Notes: generated by a model from the letters alone, not told the origin. A DNA stretch of 64,000 bases from Eledone cirrhosa (GCA_964016885.1 OZ024748.1:55118001-55182000); one strand, 5' to 3'. Counted from the first letter of the stretch, positions 1-13,520 are shown. A program made the numbers and translations.

Positions 1-1
1 A

Positions 2-193
2 GGGCGGTGGATTGGCAGTATCGGTAGAGGGTCGGACGCCATGCTCTGTAGCAAAGAGTTACGGCCTTTTATGGTCTGAGTTCAAATCCCGTAGAGGTTA
101 ACTCTGCTTTCATCCTTACGGGGTCGATAAAATAAAGTACCAGTAATACACTGGGATATTTGATGGCCTTGTGCCAAAACTAGAAACAATTAT
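2..193 (+). mobile_element. tRNA-derived SINE, family A (Nin/Deu-like central domain)
   Basis: A box TGGCAGTATCGG, B box GAGTTCAAATCC, core GCTTTCATCCTTACGGGGTCGATAAAATAAAGTACC, tail GAAACAATTAT; more than 15 related copies in the window. Confidence 0.85.
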
Positions 194-216
194 CTTAATT
201 AGAAATATGAATCACA

Positions 217-465
217 CAGGGGTGCTGGAAGCATTTCTGAATTGGGGGAGGGGGAAATTTGGTCAATTTAGTTTTGGTGATTAGTTTAGCTGTTATCAAA
301 TATCAACCAAGATATATAAAAATAACGACATGCGATAAACATGACATGTACATAAATTGTAGAGCATGTACAAATAGATGTGTTTTGGTAGTTTGGAGAT
401 GAAAATATAATTATTGGTGGTGGTTGGGTGTGACCACCCTGGTCCCCCTAGTTCCACCACCCTTG
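217..465. mobile_element. Degenerate MITE
   Basis: Imperfect terminal inverted repeats CAGGGGTGCTGGAA / TTCCACCACCCTTG; no clear TSD. Confidence 0.45.
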
Positions 466-783
466 TCACTATATTCTAATTTGTAGCAACGTTGTAGTGT
501 TCAAGAGCAATATTGGACAGTGTTGTGTTTTGCTATAAAACACAATGTCTTCCTAAGAATTTGTGGTGAACCTGGTATAACGCTCGACATATCTTCAATA
601 ACTTCTATTACATATGTAATATTTTCATACTCGTATCTAGATAATTTCATAAGAAAGGCTGCTTACAACTTTCAAATAAGTTTGACAACTATAAACAAAT
701 TAGTAGTGATTTAATAATGTAGCTTTTTCATCATTCAGCTAGTAGCTGGAGCATAACTTAATAAAGGTTCTTCTATGAAGTTA

Positions 784-985
784 CAAAGGTCGACTGAAAA
801 GTTCGTTATCTGACCAAGGTACTCTCATGGAATGGCCAAATGGAGTTTATTTTTCAGCATAGTCCTTTGAAAGAAACAATACAGTAAGTTATTAACTAGA
901 AGATTTGAAATTAATGCATGCAAGATTTCACAGCTTTAACATCACTCCTTCATAGTTAGCCGATTAAGTTTTAAGCCGTCCCTCG
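784..985 (+). mobile_element. Mariner-type MITE, copy 1
   Basis: TA-flanked, imperfect TIRs (CAAAGGTCGACTGAAAAG / TTTTAAGCCGTCCCTCG); homologous to 55328-55759 and 63276-63455. Confidence 0.75.
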
Positions 986-2169
986 TATATATATCGTACG
1001 AATCTCACAAAGACAAAAACAGACGTTCGATTATATAATTCGATATTCCATAAATATAGGAAAAACATAGTCACAGCTAAAAAACTATTGATTACAGGAG
1101 GACAGCTCGATCATAATTGACCTGGTGCTAAACAGTAACAACTATAAAAACAACATGGTGTTTAAGACAGTGAGGGAACATATATGTGGTTACTCAATCT
1201 GCTAGGAATAGAAGCCAAATCTCCAAATCATAAAATACCTTCTTAGAAGAAAAGAATAACAAAAACAAAACAACAAAAAAACAACAACAAAAATTTCAAT
1301 AATGTGATTTTGAGTTCATAGTTCATAGGAAAAATTTGAAATAGTCACTGTTAGATAGCCATTGAGACTGACCTGACTTGGGGCTAAACATCTACCTCAA
1401 TAACAACAATGACAACAACACGTCTGTTAACACAATAAACACAATCAAACAAAAAAACTAAAACTCATTGTTTGGTGGCATACCTGAAAATTGATTATAA
1501 AGCTTTCACGAATATATTTCTTTAACAAATTTATTAAAGTTACTCTCATTCAAATGACATTTCAAATAAAGAGAAGTTTTCACTTTACAAACTTTTCTAT
1601 TATAAATTTTCCATTGTTTGGGAATCCAGAATAACTTTTTGACTGTTTTCTCGAAATTCCAAACTTCTATTTAGTTTTCTATTTAATATTAATATTTTCT
1701 TTGTATATATTTCTTTTCCACCACCCACTCTCTATCTACGCATAAATACACACACGTATACATACATACATACAGACACACACTCACATATATATATATG
1801 TGTATGTATATATACGTATATGCATATATATAGGTAGCTCATTCTACACAAAGCCATATTTTTTTACGTATTTATGAATATATGTATGTGTCCGTGTGTG
1901 TGTGTGCATGTGTTTATACACACACAAATTCATATACATAAACCCATGCACACACAGATACACACACACACACATATATATGAGTGTATATGTACACATA
2001 GAACTAACTATATATGTGTGTGTGTGTGTGTGTGTGTATGTGTGTGTGTGAGAATCTTTTCATTATATGTTTTTCATTATCTACATACTGAATACAATCC
2101 AACGAATGAAATAGGTTCATGGTAACACACCCGCATGCTTAGAATGATGATCACGCTATATAAAATACA

Positions 2170-2264
<95 letters not shown>

Positions 2265-2747
2265 CACACATGTTTATGTATATGATTTGACATGCTTCAA
2301 AATAATACAAATACACACACAATCACACGTATATATTTAAAAAAAAAAAAAAAAAAAAAGTCAGCCACATATTAGGAGAAAAAAAAAACAACATCTATTT
2401 CAAAGGTTACATTAAGATACAAATATATATGCACAAATACCTGAGACATTTCTGCATACGAAAATAAACACGTTTTTGTGACATCTGAACATCAAGGCAT
2501 TGTTTTTCTTTTTCTCTCATGAAAGAAGTGAGGGTAGAAAATAAAGAAGAAAAACTAAAAAGATAATACATTCATAATGTACAAACATATAGAAAATGAA
2601 TTTAATAAGCGATCTTTATCGTGAATAAGTTTCTAAGCTAGTATTACCTTTTGAGAACATATGCCCATGTATATGTGACTATGTGTGTGATATACATGCT
2701 ATGCATACATGTATAAACGCATTCATGTTTACATAATGCCACTCATA

Positions 2748-2802
<55 letters not shown>

Positions 2803-2949
2803 TGCACACACACATATACATATATATATATATATATAAATATCATGCACACACACACACACACACACACATACATGTATATATCAATATCATGCACACA
2901 CACACATATAAATATCATGCATATACACACATACACATGTATGTATGTA

Positions 2950-3006
<57 letters not shown>

Positions 3007-3379
3007 GAGAGGGGCGGTCTGTCTGCATGTATACGATTTATTTACTCAATACACGAGGTGTTTTTTTAAAACTCTTTGCAGTGGTGGTTAAACTTCGAAG
3101 TCATCCTACGGTGCGCTCACCGGTTAAGGATTACGTGAACTGACAAACTAGCTGGGTTTATATATAGAATCCTTATCGAGCCCTCTTCGGATTTTAGTCT
3201 TCACATTTATTACTACTTTGTATATTAGCGGAAGTAGACGATGTACTTGGTAGATCTTCGACTTTCACTAATATACCCATTCTGCATCTTACCATGTATC
3301 GAGTCCTTTTTTGATTTGTAGTCTTCCTAGTCCCAATACCGCAGACTATCAATCAACCAATGTATATATATATATATAT

Positions 3380-3988
3380 GTCAGGTCACCAGTTGGTGCT
3401 ACTGGTAACATGTATCCCAGTACAACCTGTCTCATGGTCGGGTCGTTGGCGACTAAACTGACAACCCCACCAAGGTTTCTTGGTGAGGAGGGTGACTTTG
3501 GACATCCTGCAGGACTAAAAACAAAACCTGTCAAAGGGCAAAGGAGCTCTTAAGAGTCAATGGCCATCCAAAATCACCGGGAGAGATGACCCCTTAGCCT
3601 TTGTCAAGGCAGAATTCTAGGAGAAGGAAAACTCTGATAGAACACCTGCAACCCTGATGGTATCCAATGATGTTGACTTGTTCTTCTTTTTGGTAAATAT
3701 CATCTTGGTTAAGAGAGTGGGACTGGCTTTGTGCAGTGCCTTTGCTCACTATAAAAGCTTCACGGCACAGGCATTGCTTTATATCTGGAGATCTTTCTGC
3801 ACTTGTCGTTACATGGAACCATGGGCCCAGCACTATGTGTCAATAATTGTCACAGGTATAGTGTTTGTACCAGAGTTTTCAAGTCGCTGGCTGGACTAAC
3901 AAGTCATATTCGTTCAGCGCATCTGTAGGCGTTCTCCTAGATGGATATAAAGTATTGGCCGTACTCGAAAACGAGTTGGCAGCCACCA

Positions 3989-3992
<4 letters not shown>
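3380..3992 (+). mobile_element. Non-autonomous bipartite RTE-type retroelement, copy 1
   Basis: 5' part has the RTE 5'UTR-like motif GGAGAAGGAAAACTCTGA; 3842-3928 translates NNCHRYSVCTRVFKSLAGLTSHIRSAHL* (RTE C-terminal C2H2-like finger); near-identical inverted copy at 50904-51488. Confidence 0.7.
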
Positions 3993-4084
<92 letters not shown>

Positions 4085-4125
4085 TAATAATAATAATAAA
4101 TTGTGGAGAAGGAGCACACGAGTTG

Positions 4126-4159
<34 letters not shown>

Positions 4160-4163
<4 letters not shown>

Positions 4164-5034
4164 ATAGGGAGAACAAGACGATTATTAGGAAGAAAGATAT
4201 ATTTTTTCCCCTTTATTTCTTTCTCTTTTTTGGGGTTAGAAAATGTTTAAAACAAAATATTTTACTTTATGTGAAGTGTTAAGGTATTAGTTAATTTATT
4301 TATTAATTAACAATGGTATTTATTCATTTATTAATATATTTAATAATTGTCTATTACCGGTTTCAGCATTTTATGCATTATCAAAGAGGGGAATTTGTAT
4401 CGGTGTAAAATGTAGGTGATGTTGAACATGTTAAGGAAATGGTGAAGAAAGAATAATGTTATTTACAAACAAGGGTTTTGAAGTGAAAAGAAAAAAAGAA
4501 AAAAAGGGGGGTAATGTGGAACATGATAAGGTAATGGGAAAGAAAAAATAATATTATTTAGAGGCATAGTTCTTGAAGATAAGCAGTTCAAAATTGGTTA
4601 TTATGGCAAGAGTGCTTAGTTGATCAGTGATGGAGGCAAATGGTAGTCTGGGATTTGATATGATTTCCCTTTTTAGGGATTAATATGCAGGGGGAGGTAA
4701 TTCAGGGAGGTCAGGTAGAGGAGAGAGAAATGAGAGGGGGTAATTCATTTATATAAGAAAAAGGATTAGGTAGGGTGTAAAGGGAGGTAACACTTTAGAG
4801 AACATAGGAATTAGGTTTTGGTTCATTGAAACCGGTAATAGACAATTATTAAATATATAAATAAATAAATAAATGCCATTGTTAATTAATAAATAAATTA
4901 ACTAAAACCTTAACACTTCACACAAAGTAAAATATTTTGTTTTAAACATTTTCTAACACAGAAAAAAGAGAAATAAATAAAAGGGAAAAAAAAAAATTTT
5001 TCTTCCTAATAATCGTCTTTTTCTCCCTATTTTC
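4160..5034 (-). mobile_element. Penelope-like element relic with inverted pseudo-LTR arms
   Basis: ~205-bp imperfect inverted repeats 4160-4365 / 4827-5034, flanked by (TA)n; hammerhead-like motif at the arm boundary. Confidence 0.65.
4351..4388 (-). ncRNA. Hammerhead-like motif, U3-A8 variant (degenerate stem I)
   Basis: Minus strand CUCU-UUGAUAA-U-GCAU-AAA-AUGC-U-GAAA-CCGG-UA-AUAG; palindromic stem III. Confidence 0.5.
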
Positions 5035-5050
5035 ATATATATATATATAT

Positions 5051-5230
5051 AATAAATGTAATCTGAGTTTTTCGAATATTAATAATAACATTCGATTTGT
5101 TTGCAATTATGCAAACAAGCCTCAATTTTATAGCCACGTCAGTAGAATGAACATTTCATTCTTGGTCTTATGTTGGCATGTGAACAGAACTTCAGACACT
5201 AATGTTCGAAAAACTCAGATTACATTTATT
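5051..5230. repeat. Short fold-back element (probable PLE relic)
   Basis: ~31-bp inverted repeat 5051-5081 / 5200-5230; internal GAACATT...AATGTTC-GAAA resembles a decayed hammerhead stem II. Confidence 0.45.
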
Positions 5231-5320
5231 GTATTCAGCCATGTAGAGCGAAATTTTCTTTTATATATATATATATATATACACACATATATATATATAT
5301 ATATTAAAAAGACAAATTTA

Positions 5321-5370
5321 AGTTTAACCAAAGAATCGCTGCATTCACCCTTTACGGGATCTTCTGAAAC
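5321..5370 (-). ncRNA. Hammerhead-like motif, CAGAAGA family (decayed copy)
   Basis: GUUU-CAGAAGA-U-CCC-GUAAA-GGG-U-GAAU...UU-AAAC; joined to the family's inverted tail at ~5373-5416. Confidence 0.45.
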
Positions 5371-5422
5371 GCCCTATCGAGCTCTCTTTGCATTTTAGTC
5401 TTCACATTTATTATTATCACTA

Positions 5423-6281
5423 CGAGGTGTGTCAGAAAAGTTCCAGGACTGACGTCACAAAAGATTTATTTCAAACCTCAATTTCACACTAAGAGTTTTC
5501 TCCTTCCAAGTAATCCCCCTGGAGTCTAATGCACTTTTCCATCCTTTTCTGCAACGCTTGCATGCACTCTTGGAAGGATTCTTCCGGGATCCTCCGCGGT
5601 TCCGTCGTCACAGCCTTTTTGATGTCGTCCACGTCCTCAAAACGGGTCCCCTCCGGGTCGTACTCGAAGATCCACGACTCATCACCGGTGATGACTGTCC
5701 CTAGCAAGTCTGGTTCGGGGATGTCCTGGCACGCATGCGTCGACCCTTCTGGTCATCGTTCAGCAGTTTTGGCACCATTTTCGCACAGACTTTCCGCATG
5801 TCCAAATCTTCTGTGAGAATCTTCCAGACGCTGTTCCGATTCATGCCCAGCTCATTTGCCATCAATCGAACAGTCAGCCGACGATCGCTTCGCACCATCT
5901 GCCTGACGCGCTCAACGTTGACCTCAGTCCTGGTTGTTGAGGGCCTACCGCTCCTGGGGTCATCTTGCACCACTCAAAAACACGTGAGCGTGACATCGTC
6001 TCATCTCTATACACTTGCTGCAGCAATCCCAGTGCTTCTGACGGAGTTTTTCCCAACCGTATCAGAAACTTCGAGTTTGTTCGTTGCTCTGTCCTCATTG
6101 CTTGACGACCTGAAACAGAGGACATGTATATAAAATTATGAAGAAAACAGTTTGATCGCTGCAGAGAGCTAAGATTACAGTTACATACTCCAGAGGGATT
6201 ACTTTAAACTCTTAGTGTGAAGTTTGGGTTTGAAATAAATCTTTTGTGAAATCAGTCCTGGAACTTTTCTGACACATCTCG
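5423..6281 (-). mobile_element. Internally deleted mariner (Tc1/mariner) DNA transposon
   Basis: TA TSD on both sides; TIR CGAGGTGTGTCAGAAAAGTTCCAGGACTGA extending ~73 bp. Confidence 0.95.
5489..6098 (-). pseudogene. Mariner transposase pseudogene (frameshifts, catalytic-domain deletion)
   Basis: Three frames give QRTNSKF..LGKTPSE..MSRSRVFEW, DDPRSGRP..RKVCAKMVPKLL, and VITGDESWIFEYDPE fused directly to GTRFEDVDDIK..GDYLEG; second and third catalytic Asp regions are missing. Confidence 0.93.
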
Positions 6282-6306
6282 TATATATATATATATATAT
6301 ATATAT

Positions 6307-6452
6307 ATAATGATTTCTACTATAGGCACAAGGCCACCAATTTTAGGGGAGGAAATGCAATTAAATAAATTCCAGTGCATTGCTAGCAATTTATTTTATC
6401 GACCCCATAAGGATAAAATGTAAAGCTAACCACAATGGGTTTAGAACTCAGA
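6307..6452 (-). mobile_element. SINE family A, degraded 3' part
   Basis: Reverse core TTTTATCGACCCCATAAGGAT and tail GGCACAAGGCC. Confidence 0.7.
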
Positions 6453-6897
6453 ATGAAACGGGTTGGAACTGCATATCTGGCGCGCTACTGACACTGCGAA
6501 GCAAGGTATAAATCGAGGATTTACCCGCAGTATAGCAGAAACCAATCGAATTGTTTGAGGCAGTTACAAAGCACTCAATGGTGCAAACAGTTATTACATT
6601 TTCGTGCAAAGTAAACAGAAAGTTCAGAAAGTGTGAAACCATAAATACAACGACTAAGACAAACCTGTACCATCTCGAATAGTTAAGAATCGATAGAAAT
6701 CAATTAAAAAAATATATATACATATTCACAGGTGTCTGTGTCTGGCTGTATGTATGTATGTATCCCACATATAACCTGTAACGCATTAGGAAGCAAAGTT
6801 CACTTAAACAAATCCGATGATTTGCATGTATGCAAATGTAGAGAGCACATTTAAAACTTAACGTTTGTTTATAACAGATATTATTGAGGTAAACTTT

Positions 6898-7067
6898 AGG
6901 GCAGTGGATTCGTAGTACTGTTAGTGTGTCAGACAGTATGCTTTGCGGCATACAGTTAACTTAGCTTTTCATCCTTACGGGGTCGATAAAATAAAGTACA
7001 TGTGACGCATTCGACTTTCTCCTCTCCCAAAATTGTTGACCTTGTGTCAAAATCATTAACCATTATT
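6898..7067 (+). mobile_element. SINE family A, internally deleted
   Basis: Head GGGCAGTGGATT, core TTTCATCCTTACGGGGTCGATAAAATAAAGTAC; B box absent. Confidence 0.7.
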
Positions 7068-7208
7068 GAACTATGTTATATCTCAACTGTCATGACATTT
7101 TTGTTTTTTTAAACATTATCAAACACATAACAAATAAATTATTATGAATTTTTTCTGTCTAGCTATCTATTTATCTATCTATCTGTCTGCCTATCGAATT
7201 ATGTTCAG

Positions 7209-7242
<34 letters not shown>

Positions 7243-8029
7243 TAGATAAATAGCTAGATAGAACAAATTCATCATAATTTAGTTGATATGTGTTTGATAG
7301 AAAGATATCTATGTTGAGACTGCTATTGGGATTGTTGTTGTTATTGACAGAATATAGATAGATAGATACACAATTAGAGAGAGACAGATAGATATACATA
7401 CAAAGAGGTAGAGATAGATACATTGAGAAATAGAGAGATAAATAGATAACTTCTTTTTATTTGCCAGCAGGGCATCAAAGAGTGGGACAACTACAATGGG
7501 GGGAATTTACATAAAAAGCGTCCTCAATAAGGAGGAGGCAATACCAAATAGAGAGATACATAGATAAATAGATAGACAGGTAGGTAGTAGTAAAACTAGT
7601 GACCAGCAAGAATATAATGAAAGAGACAGGGCTCTATTTACCACTTAACAAATCAAGCCAGAATCAGTTCCCGTCACACCCTTGCAAGCAGGGAAAAAGC
7701 GTATGTAAAATGATGATGATGATGATATATACACCAAAAATATATATATTCTCTCCATCTTAACATGGTAACCATACTCCCACACACATATAAAACCCAT
7801 ACACACACACACCCCTACTCTACTAATAGAATCATCTTCCTACACACACACACACACCAGCACACAAATAAACATACATATCTCTACTTTCTTTATTTCA
7901 ATAGAAAGTCTGAATTTTGACACCCCAGCGCACCAGCCATATTCACTGAACCAGAACAATTCTCCCCATCCCGCTTTTCTTGACCATTATCTTTTGTTTG
8001 GCACAACATTCTCTAAAAGACTACAAAAG

Positions 8030-8400
8030 AAATTCCAAAATACGGGCGCGAAATTTAATGTACACGTGACAGTCATAATTTCATTTATAACCAATCAAAT
8101 TACATTTATAAAAAAAAGCCTTCGTGAGCCACTTTTTTTAAGTAAAAAGAAATTCAAACACAAACTGGCGCGAAAGCTAATGTGCTTATTCACGTGACTG
8201 CATCAACCAACCAAACTTCACTCATATATCAAAAAACAATCTGAGCCACCCGCTTTTTTTTAAGGCAAAAATAATAAGAACTTTGTAACGCGAACTGGCG
8301 CGAAACTTATTATACTTATTCACCAACCAACCAAATTATTTCTATAAAAACCTAGCATTTCGAGCCATTTTTTTCCATATAAAACAGAAGTAACATTCAA
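8030..8400 (+). promoter_or_regulatory. Triplicated ~125-bp module with E2F-like, E-box and CCAAT-like motifs (candidate pLTR promoter)
   Basis: GGCGCGAAA at 8045, 8167 and 8297; CACGTGAC at 8063 and 8191; CCAATC/CCAACC and a TATA-like A-rich run in each unit. Confidence 0.4.
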
Positions 8401-8409
8401 ACACCAACC

Positions 8410-8575
8410 AGATGTGAGAAAAACCACAAACCCTCCATCTCTATTCTACTTTTGAAAAGCACAAGAACTGCGAACCGGTAAAGGAAACAAATAAATAAAA
8501 AAAAAAAAAAGACTCCAGTTGCATTTTTGATTTCATCTTTTTCCCTTATACTTTCACTCGTGAAACCTCACTTTT

Positions 8576-8664
<89 letters not shown>

Positions 8665-8817
8665 TATATATATATATACAAGGAAAAAAGATGAAATCGA
8701 AAATGCAACTGGAGTCTTTTTAAAAAAAATAATATTTATTTGTTTCCTTTATCGGTTCGCAGTTCTTGTGCTTTTCAAAAGTAGAATTGAGATGGAGGGT
8801 CTGTGGTTTTTCTCATA

Positions 8818-8820
<3 letters not shown>
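8410..8820. repeat. Inverted repeat (~140 bp arms) around a (CA)n tract; PLE pLTR-like
   Basis: 8410-8550 is the reverse complement of 8678-8820; arms contain CUU-UUGAAAA-GCA..UGC-GAA-CCGG-UA-AAG (hammerhead-like, one A short). Confidence 0.7.
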
Positions 8821-8854
<34 letters not shown>

Positions 8855-8857
<3 letters not shown>

Positions 8858-9200
8858 TGCATCTTCGTTTATCCGGATATCGCCTTTCTGAAATTCGATT
8901 TACCGGACGGCTATTTCTATACTACCTCCGGATGAGGAGGACTTGATTACGGCAGACTGACAGATTCGGGCAGCATTTCTTCCGGCGAACGTTACGTCAC
9001 TTATTCAGCCAATGGACCAGGGAGTTTTGGAGACACTAAAGCGGATTTACAGAAAACAATTGCTGCGGGATTTGATCGGAAAAGGTGACACGGGAATGAT
9101 TCCATTTTTACATGCGATAAACATGAGAGGTAGTTGACCGTTCAGCTGTTGCGTGGAAATGGTAGCGGGAAATGGTAGCGGAACGACGAGATTCGGCGTG
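8855..9200 (+). mobile_element. pogo/Tigger-family transposon fragment
   Basis: TA then Tigger-like end CAGTGCATCTTCGTTTATCCGG; from 8961 translates [35 protein letters not shown] (DDE_1 signature); stop and frameshift present. Confidence 0.88.
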
Positions 9201-9411
9201 AAAACAAATTCTATTTATTCATTTTTATAAAAGTACTAACTTTTTATGGTTTGACTCGATACAGTTTTACCAAGTTTTTAGTTATTCTTATGTTTGTTTA
9301 ATTTTCTTATAAATTCTAGGTGTTCTTTTGTTATTCTAATAAACTTTCTTTACTTAGCATTTGTCTTTTATTTTGACTAAATGTAAGCTTCTACATAACC
9401 TGGACATTATT

Positions 9412-9630
9412 TTCCCAATTTGTAGAAAACTTATAATGAAACGATCGTTTGGAAAGAGAGATGTATTTTAATTATATCTCATATAAAATAATACAACTGG
9501 CTATCCGCAAAATACGTATAGTTAGCACCCCAAACGTATAATTGGGATTATACTATGGTATATCCTAATGTTTGTTGAGTGAGACGGAAGCCGGTCGGAG
9601 TATTGCTTAAAGCTTTCTCGGTTAATGTAT
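9412..9630 (+). repeat. Dispersed repeat, homologous to 52140-52355
   Basis: Shared blocks TTGTAGAAA.CTTATAATGAAACGA, ATAGTTAGCACCCC, TCCTAATGTTTGTTGAGTGAG; both copies end in (TA)n. Confidence 0.65.
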
Positions 9631-9633
9631 TAA

Positions 9634-9680
<47 letters not shown>

Positions 9681-10142
9681 CATACAGAGCAGCTGCAAAT
9701 GTCATAGGTGCCGTTCGTTCTTACTTCCATAATAACCGACACACACAAAAACATATTTAATAATTATGTGTGTATATATGTGGGTGCGTAAGTGTTCATG
9801 TGTGTTCATTTGAGTGTGTATATATATGTGTGTGTGTTTCTATTTAAATGTGCGCTTATCTCTGTGAGTTGTTCTTTGAGTGTTTGCATATATCAACATC
9901 CGGATGATTAACTTCACTTCTATTATCAATATTATCATAATAATAATAATAATAATAATGTTATCATTGATATTACCAACTTTACTATTATTATTATTAC
10001 TTTTATTACTATTTATTCACATATAAGTATTCATATGCATAAAATCATATTGATACTCACGACCACTTACAATAAAATCTCCCCTTTACTTTCTTTTACC
10101 CCCCCCCTCTCCCACACCTACACAAATGCGTGTGGCTGCGCG

Positions 10143-10234
<92 letters not shown>

Positions 10235-10602
10235 ATATACATACACACATACATATATATAAGGCTCCACCCCCACATATATATATATATATATATATAT
10301 GTACATAGAGACACACACACATATATATACACATATATATACAGACGCACACACACATATACATATATATATATATATATACAGACAAACACACATATAT
10401 ACAAACACACACATATATATATATACACATATATATACAGACGTACACACACATATACATATATATATATATATATACAGACAAACACACATATATACAA
10501 ACACACACATATATATATATATACACACATAGATATGTATATATATATATATATACACACATCCATATACACACACAAACACTTACATATATACCCCCCC
10601 CC

Positions 10603-10659
<57 letters not shown>

Positions 10660-10954
10660 CCTGTGTGTGAGTGTGTTTACGTGGATAAGTTCTATGTGTG
10701 TGTATATGCATACGTTGTTAAGGATTCATATTGGTTATGTTGTCAGCGAATCCGCCGTGCATTATATAACATCATGTGTGTACATAAATAGTCTCAGGAA
10801 ATTTGCATTTGGACGAGACTTTACCATCAGAAGGTGGGTGTAGTGTATAAGTTATTAGTGTATGGTGAATAGTGAGAATATAGAGGGAGAGGAACAGATA
10901 CGTGTGTGTGTGTGTGTAGTGTGTGTGTGTAGTGTGTGTCTTTACACACACACG

Positions 10955-11010
<56 letters not shown>

Positions 11011-11063
11011 TAAACACACTAATGAATAAAGAGGGTTACTGTACAGCAAGAGGAGAATCAGAG

Positions 11064-11138
<75 letters not shown>

Positions 11139-11257
11139 TGGGGGAAGGAGAGAAGAGGGAGAAAAGGAGAGAAAGAGAAGGAGCAAGGGAGAGAAAGAGA
11201 AGGAGCAAGGGAGAGAAAGAGAAGGAGCAAGGAAGAGAAAGCGACGTGCGGGTTTTA

Positions 11258-12580
11258 GGTTGTGGTAGTAGGTAGTGGTTGTAGTAGTGGTTGTGGTGTG
11301 GTGGTTGTGGTAGTGGTTTTGGTTGTATGTGGTGGTTGTGGTAGTGGTTGTGGTTGTATGTGGTGGTTGTGGTAGTGGTTGCGGTAGTGGTGTTTGTATG
11401 TGGTGATTGTGGAGTGGTTGTGGTAGTGGTTGTGGTAGTGGTTGTGGTAGTGGCTGTGGTAGTGGTTGTGGTAGTGGCTGTGGTAGTGGTTGTGGTAGTG
11501 GTTGTATGTGGTGATTGTTGTAGTGGTTGTATGTGGTGGTTGTATGTGGTGGTTGTGGTAGTGGTTGTCGTAGTGGTTGTGGTAGTGGTTGTGGCAGTGG
11601 TTGTATGTGGTGATTGTTGTAGTGGTTGTAGTGATTCTGGTTGTGGTAGTGGTTGTATGTGGTGGTTGTATGTGGTGGCTGTGGTAGTGGTTGTGGCAGT
11701 GGTTGTGGTAGTGGTTGTGGCAGTGGTTGTGGTAGTGGTTGTGGCAGTGGTTGTGGTAGTGGTTGTATGTGGTGATTGTTGTAGTGGTTGTATGTGGTGG
11801 TTGTATGTGGTGGCTGTGGTAGTGGTTGTGGTTGTGGTTGTGGTAGTGGTTGTGGCAGTGGTTGTGGTAGTGGTTATGGCAGTGGTTGTGGCAGTGGTTG
11901 TATGTGGTGATTGTTGTAGTGGTTGTAGTGATTCTGGTTGTGGTAGTGGTAGTGGTAGTGGTTGTGGTTGTATGTGGTGGTTGTGGTAGTGGTTGCGGTA
12001 GTGGTGTTTGTATGTGGTGATTGTGGAGTGGTTGTGGTAGTGGTTGTGGCAGTGGTTGTGGTAGTGGTTATGGCAGTGGTTGTGGCAGTGGTTGTATGTG
12101 GTGATTGTTGTAGTGGTTGTAGTGATTCTGGTTGTGGTAGTGGTAGTGGTAGTGGTTGTGGTTGTAGGTAGTGGTTGTATGTTGTGGTTCTGGTAGTGGT
12201 TGTAGGTGGTCACTGTGGTAGTAGTTGCATGTGATGGTTGTTGTAGTGGTAGTGGTTGTAGGTGGTGACTGTGGTAGTAGTTGCATGTGATGGTTGTTGT
12301 AGTGGTAGTGGTTGTAGGTGGTGACTGTGGTAGTAGTTGCATGTAATGGTTGTTGTAGTGGTAGTGGTAGTAGTTGCATGTGATGGTTGTTGTAGTGGTA
12401 GTGGTAGTAGTTGTAGGTGGTGACTGTGGTAGTAGTTGCATGTAATGGTTGTTGTAGTGGTAGTGGTAGTAGTTGCATGTGATGGTTGTTGTAGTGGTAG
12501 TGGTTGTAGGTGGTGACTGTGGTAGTAGTTGCATGTAATGGTTGTTGTAGTGGTAGTGGTAGTGGTAGTGGTTTTGGTGT
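11258..12580. repeat. Compound GTGGTA/GTGGTT/GTA low-complexity array
   Basis: Hexamer and trimer repeats with higher-order blocks. Confidence 0.9.
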
Positions 12581-13200
12581 CAATTCAGATAGTGTTGTTG
12601 GTGGTGGGGAGTTTAAAACACCTGGTGATTGTCATGTTGTACACATCAACAGAATTAAAGCAGTGATAATACTTCAAACATTGTCTGATAATCAGAAACA
12701 TTACCAGCTGACCACAACAACAGTCAATATGTTATTACACACATAAACCTAACAGTTGTATGGTTGCATCATTATATGTTTCTGGATTGTATTTCATATT
12801 GGATTTAATCATATATATATTTTTTCATTTATTTCATATTAAAGCTCTCTTTTATACTAGAATTAGAGAATACCACGTTGTTGGTTTTATTGAAAGAGCT
12901 TTCTATATACAACGTCTATATAAAAATCTATCCAAGAACAATTAATATAAACTCTTAATGGCCTTGTCCGGAGTGCTCAGCTTGTTTCCGAATGCACTTG
13001 TGAAGGTAAATGTAGTTTAAAACGTTTAAGGGATTAGTTTAATCAATCTAGTTTGAAGAGAGAATTCTTCCATTTTCAAAATTAAATATATTTACACATA
13101 CACAAACTCCTGCATATATACATGCACAGATATATATATGATGGATTTCCAAAAATAGCATATTCAAACACTGATTATAGTTTACTTATATAATACACAA

Positions 13201-13520
13201 CGGCAGCAAATTGGCAGAGTCGTTAGAACGTCGGATAGAATGCTTTAGGCCATTCGTTTCGGCTCCCTGCTCTCTCAGTTCAAATCCCACAGAGGTCCAG
13301 TTTGCCTTTCATCCTTTCTAGGTCGATAAAAAATGTACCAGACTAATCCAGCGGTCGAGTCTTACTCTACATCTCTTTCTCATTTCCTCTCTCTCATGTT
13401 CTATCTTTCTCTGGAAGAAATCGGCTTTACTCAGGCCTGGAGAAGGATGGCCTCCGCCAGGCTTAACATGCCCAAGGAACGCTGTATGTCAATACGGCGC
13501 CCCTACGATTCTAGCAGGAG
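13201..13520 (+). mobile_element. tRNA-derived SINE, subfamily B (same core, different 3' tail)
   Basis: A box TGGCAGAGTCG, B box GTTCAAATCC, core GCCTTTCATCCT; tail GCCAGGCTTAA...GTATGTCAATA shared with 35140-35305. Confidence 0.7.

Noticed and set aside
2-95. tRNA gene (also the heads at 29217, 46254, 55445)
   Set aside because: A and B boxes belong to SINE heads; no cloverleaf, and they continue into the SINE body
10942-12583. Thr/His-rich mucin-like or Cys/Gly keratin-like ORFs
   Set aside because: Simple hexamer repeats running into microsatellites; no unique domain or clear splice context
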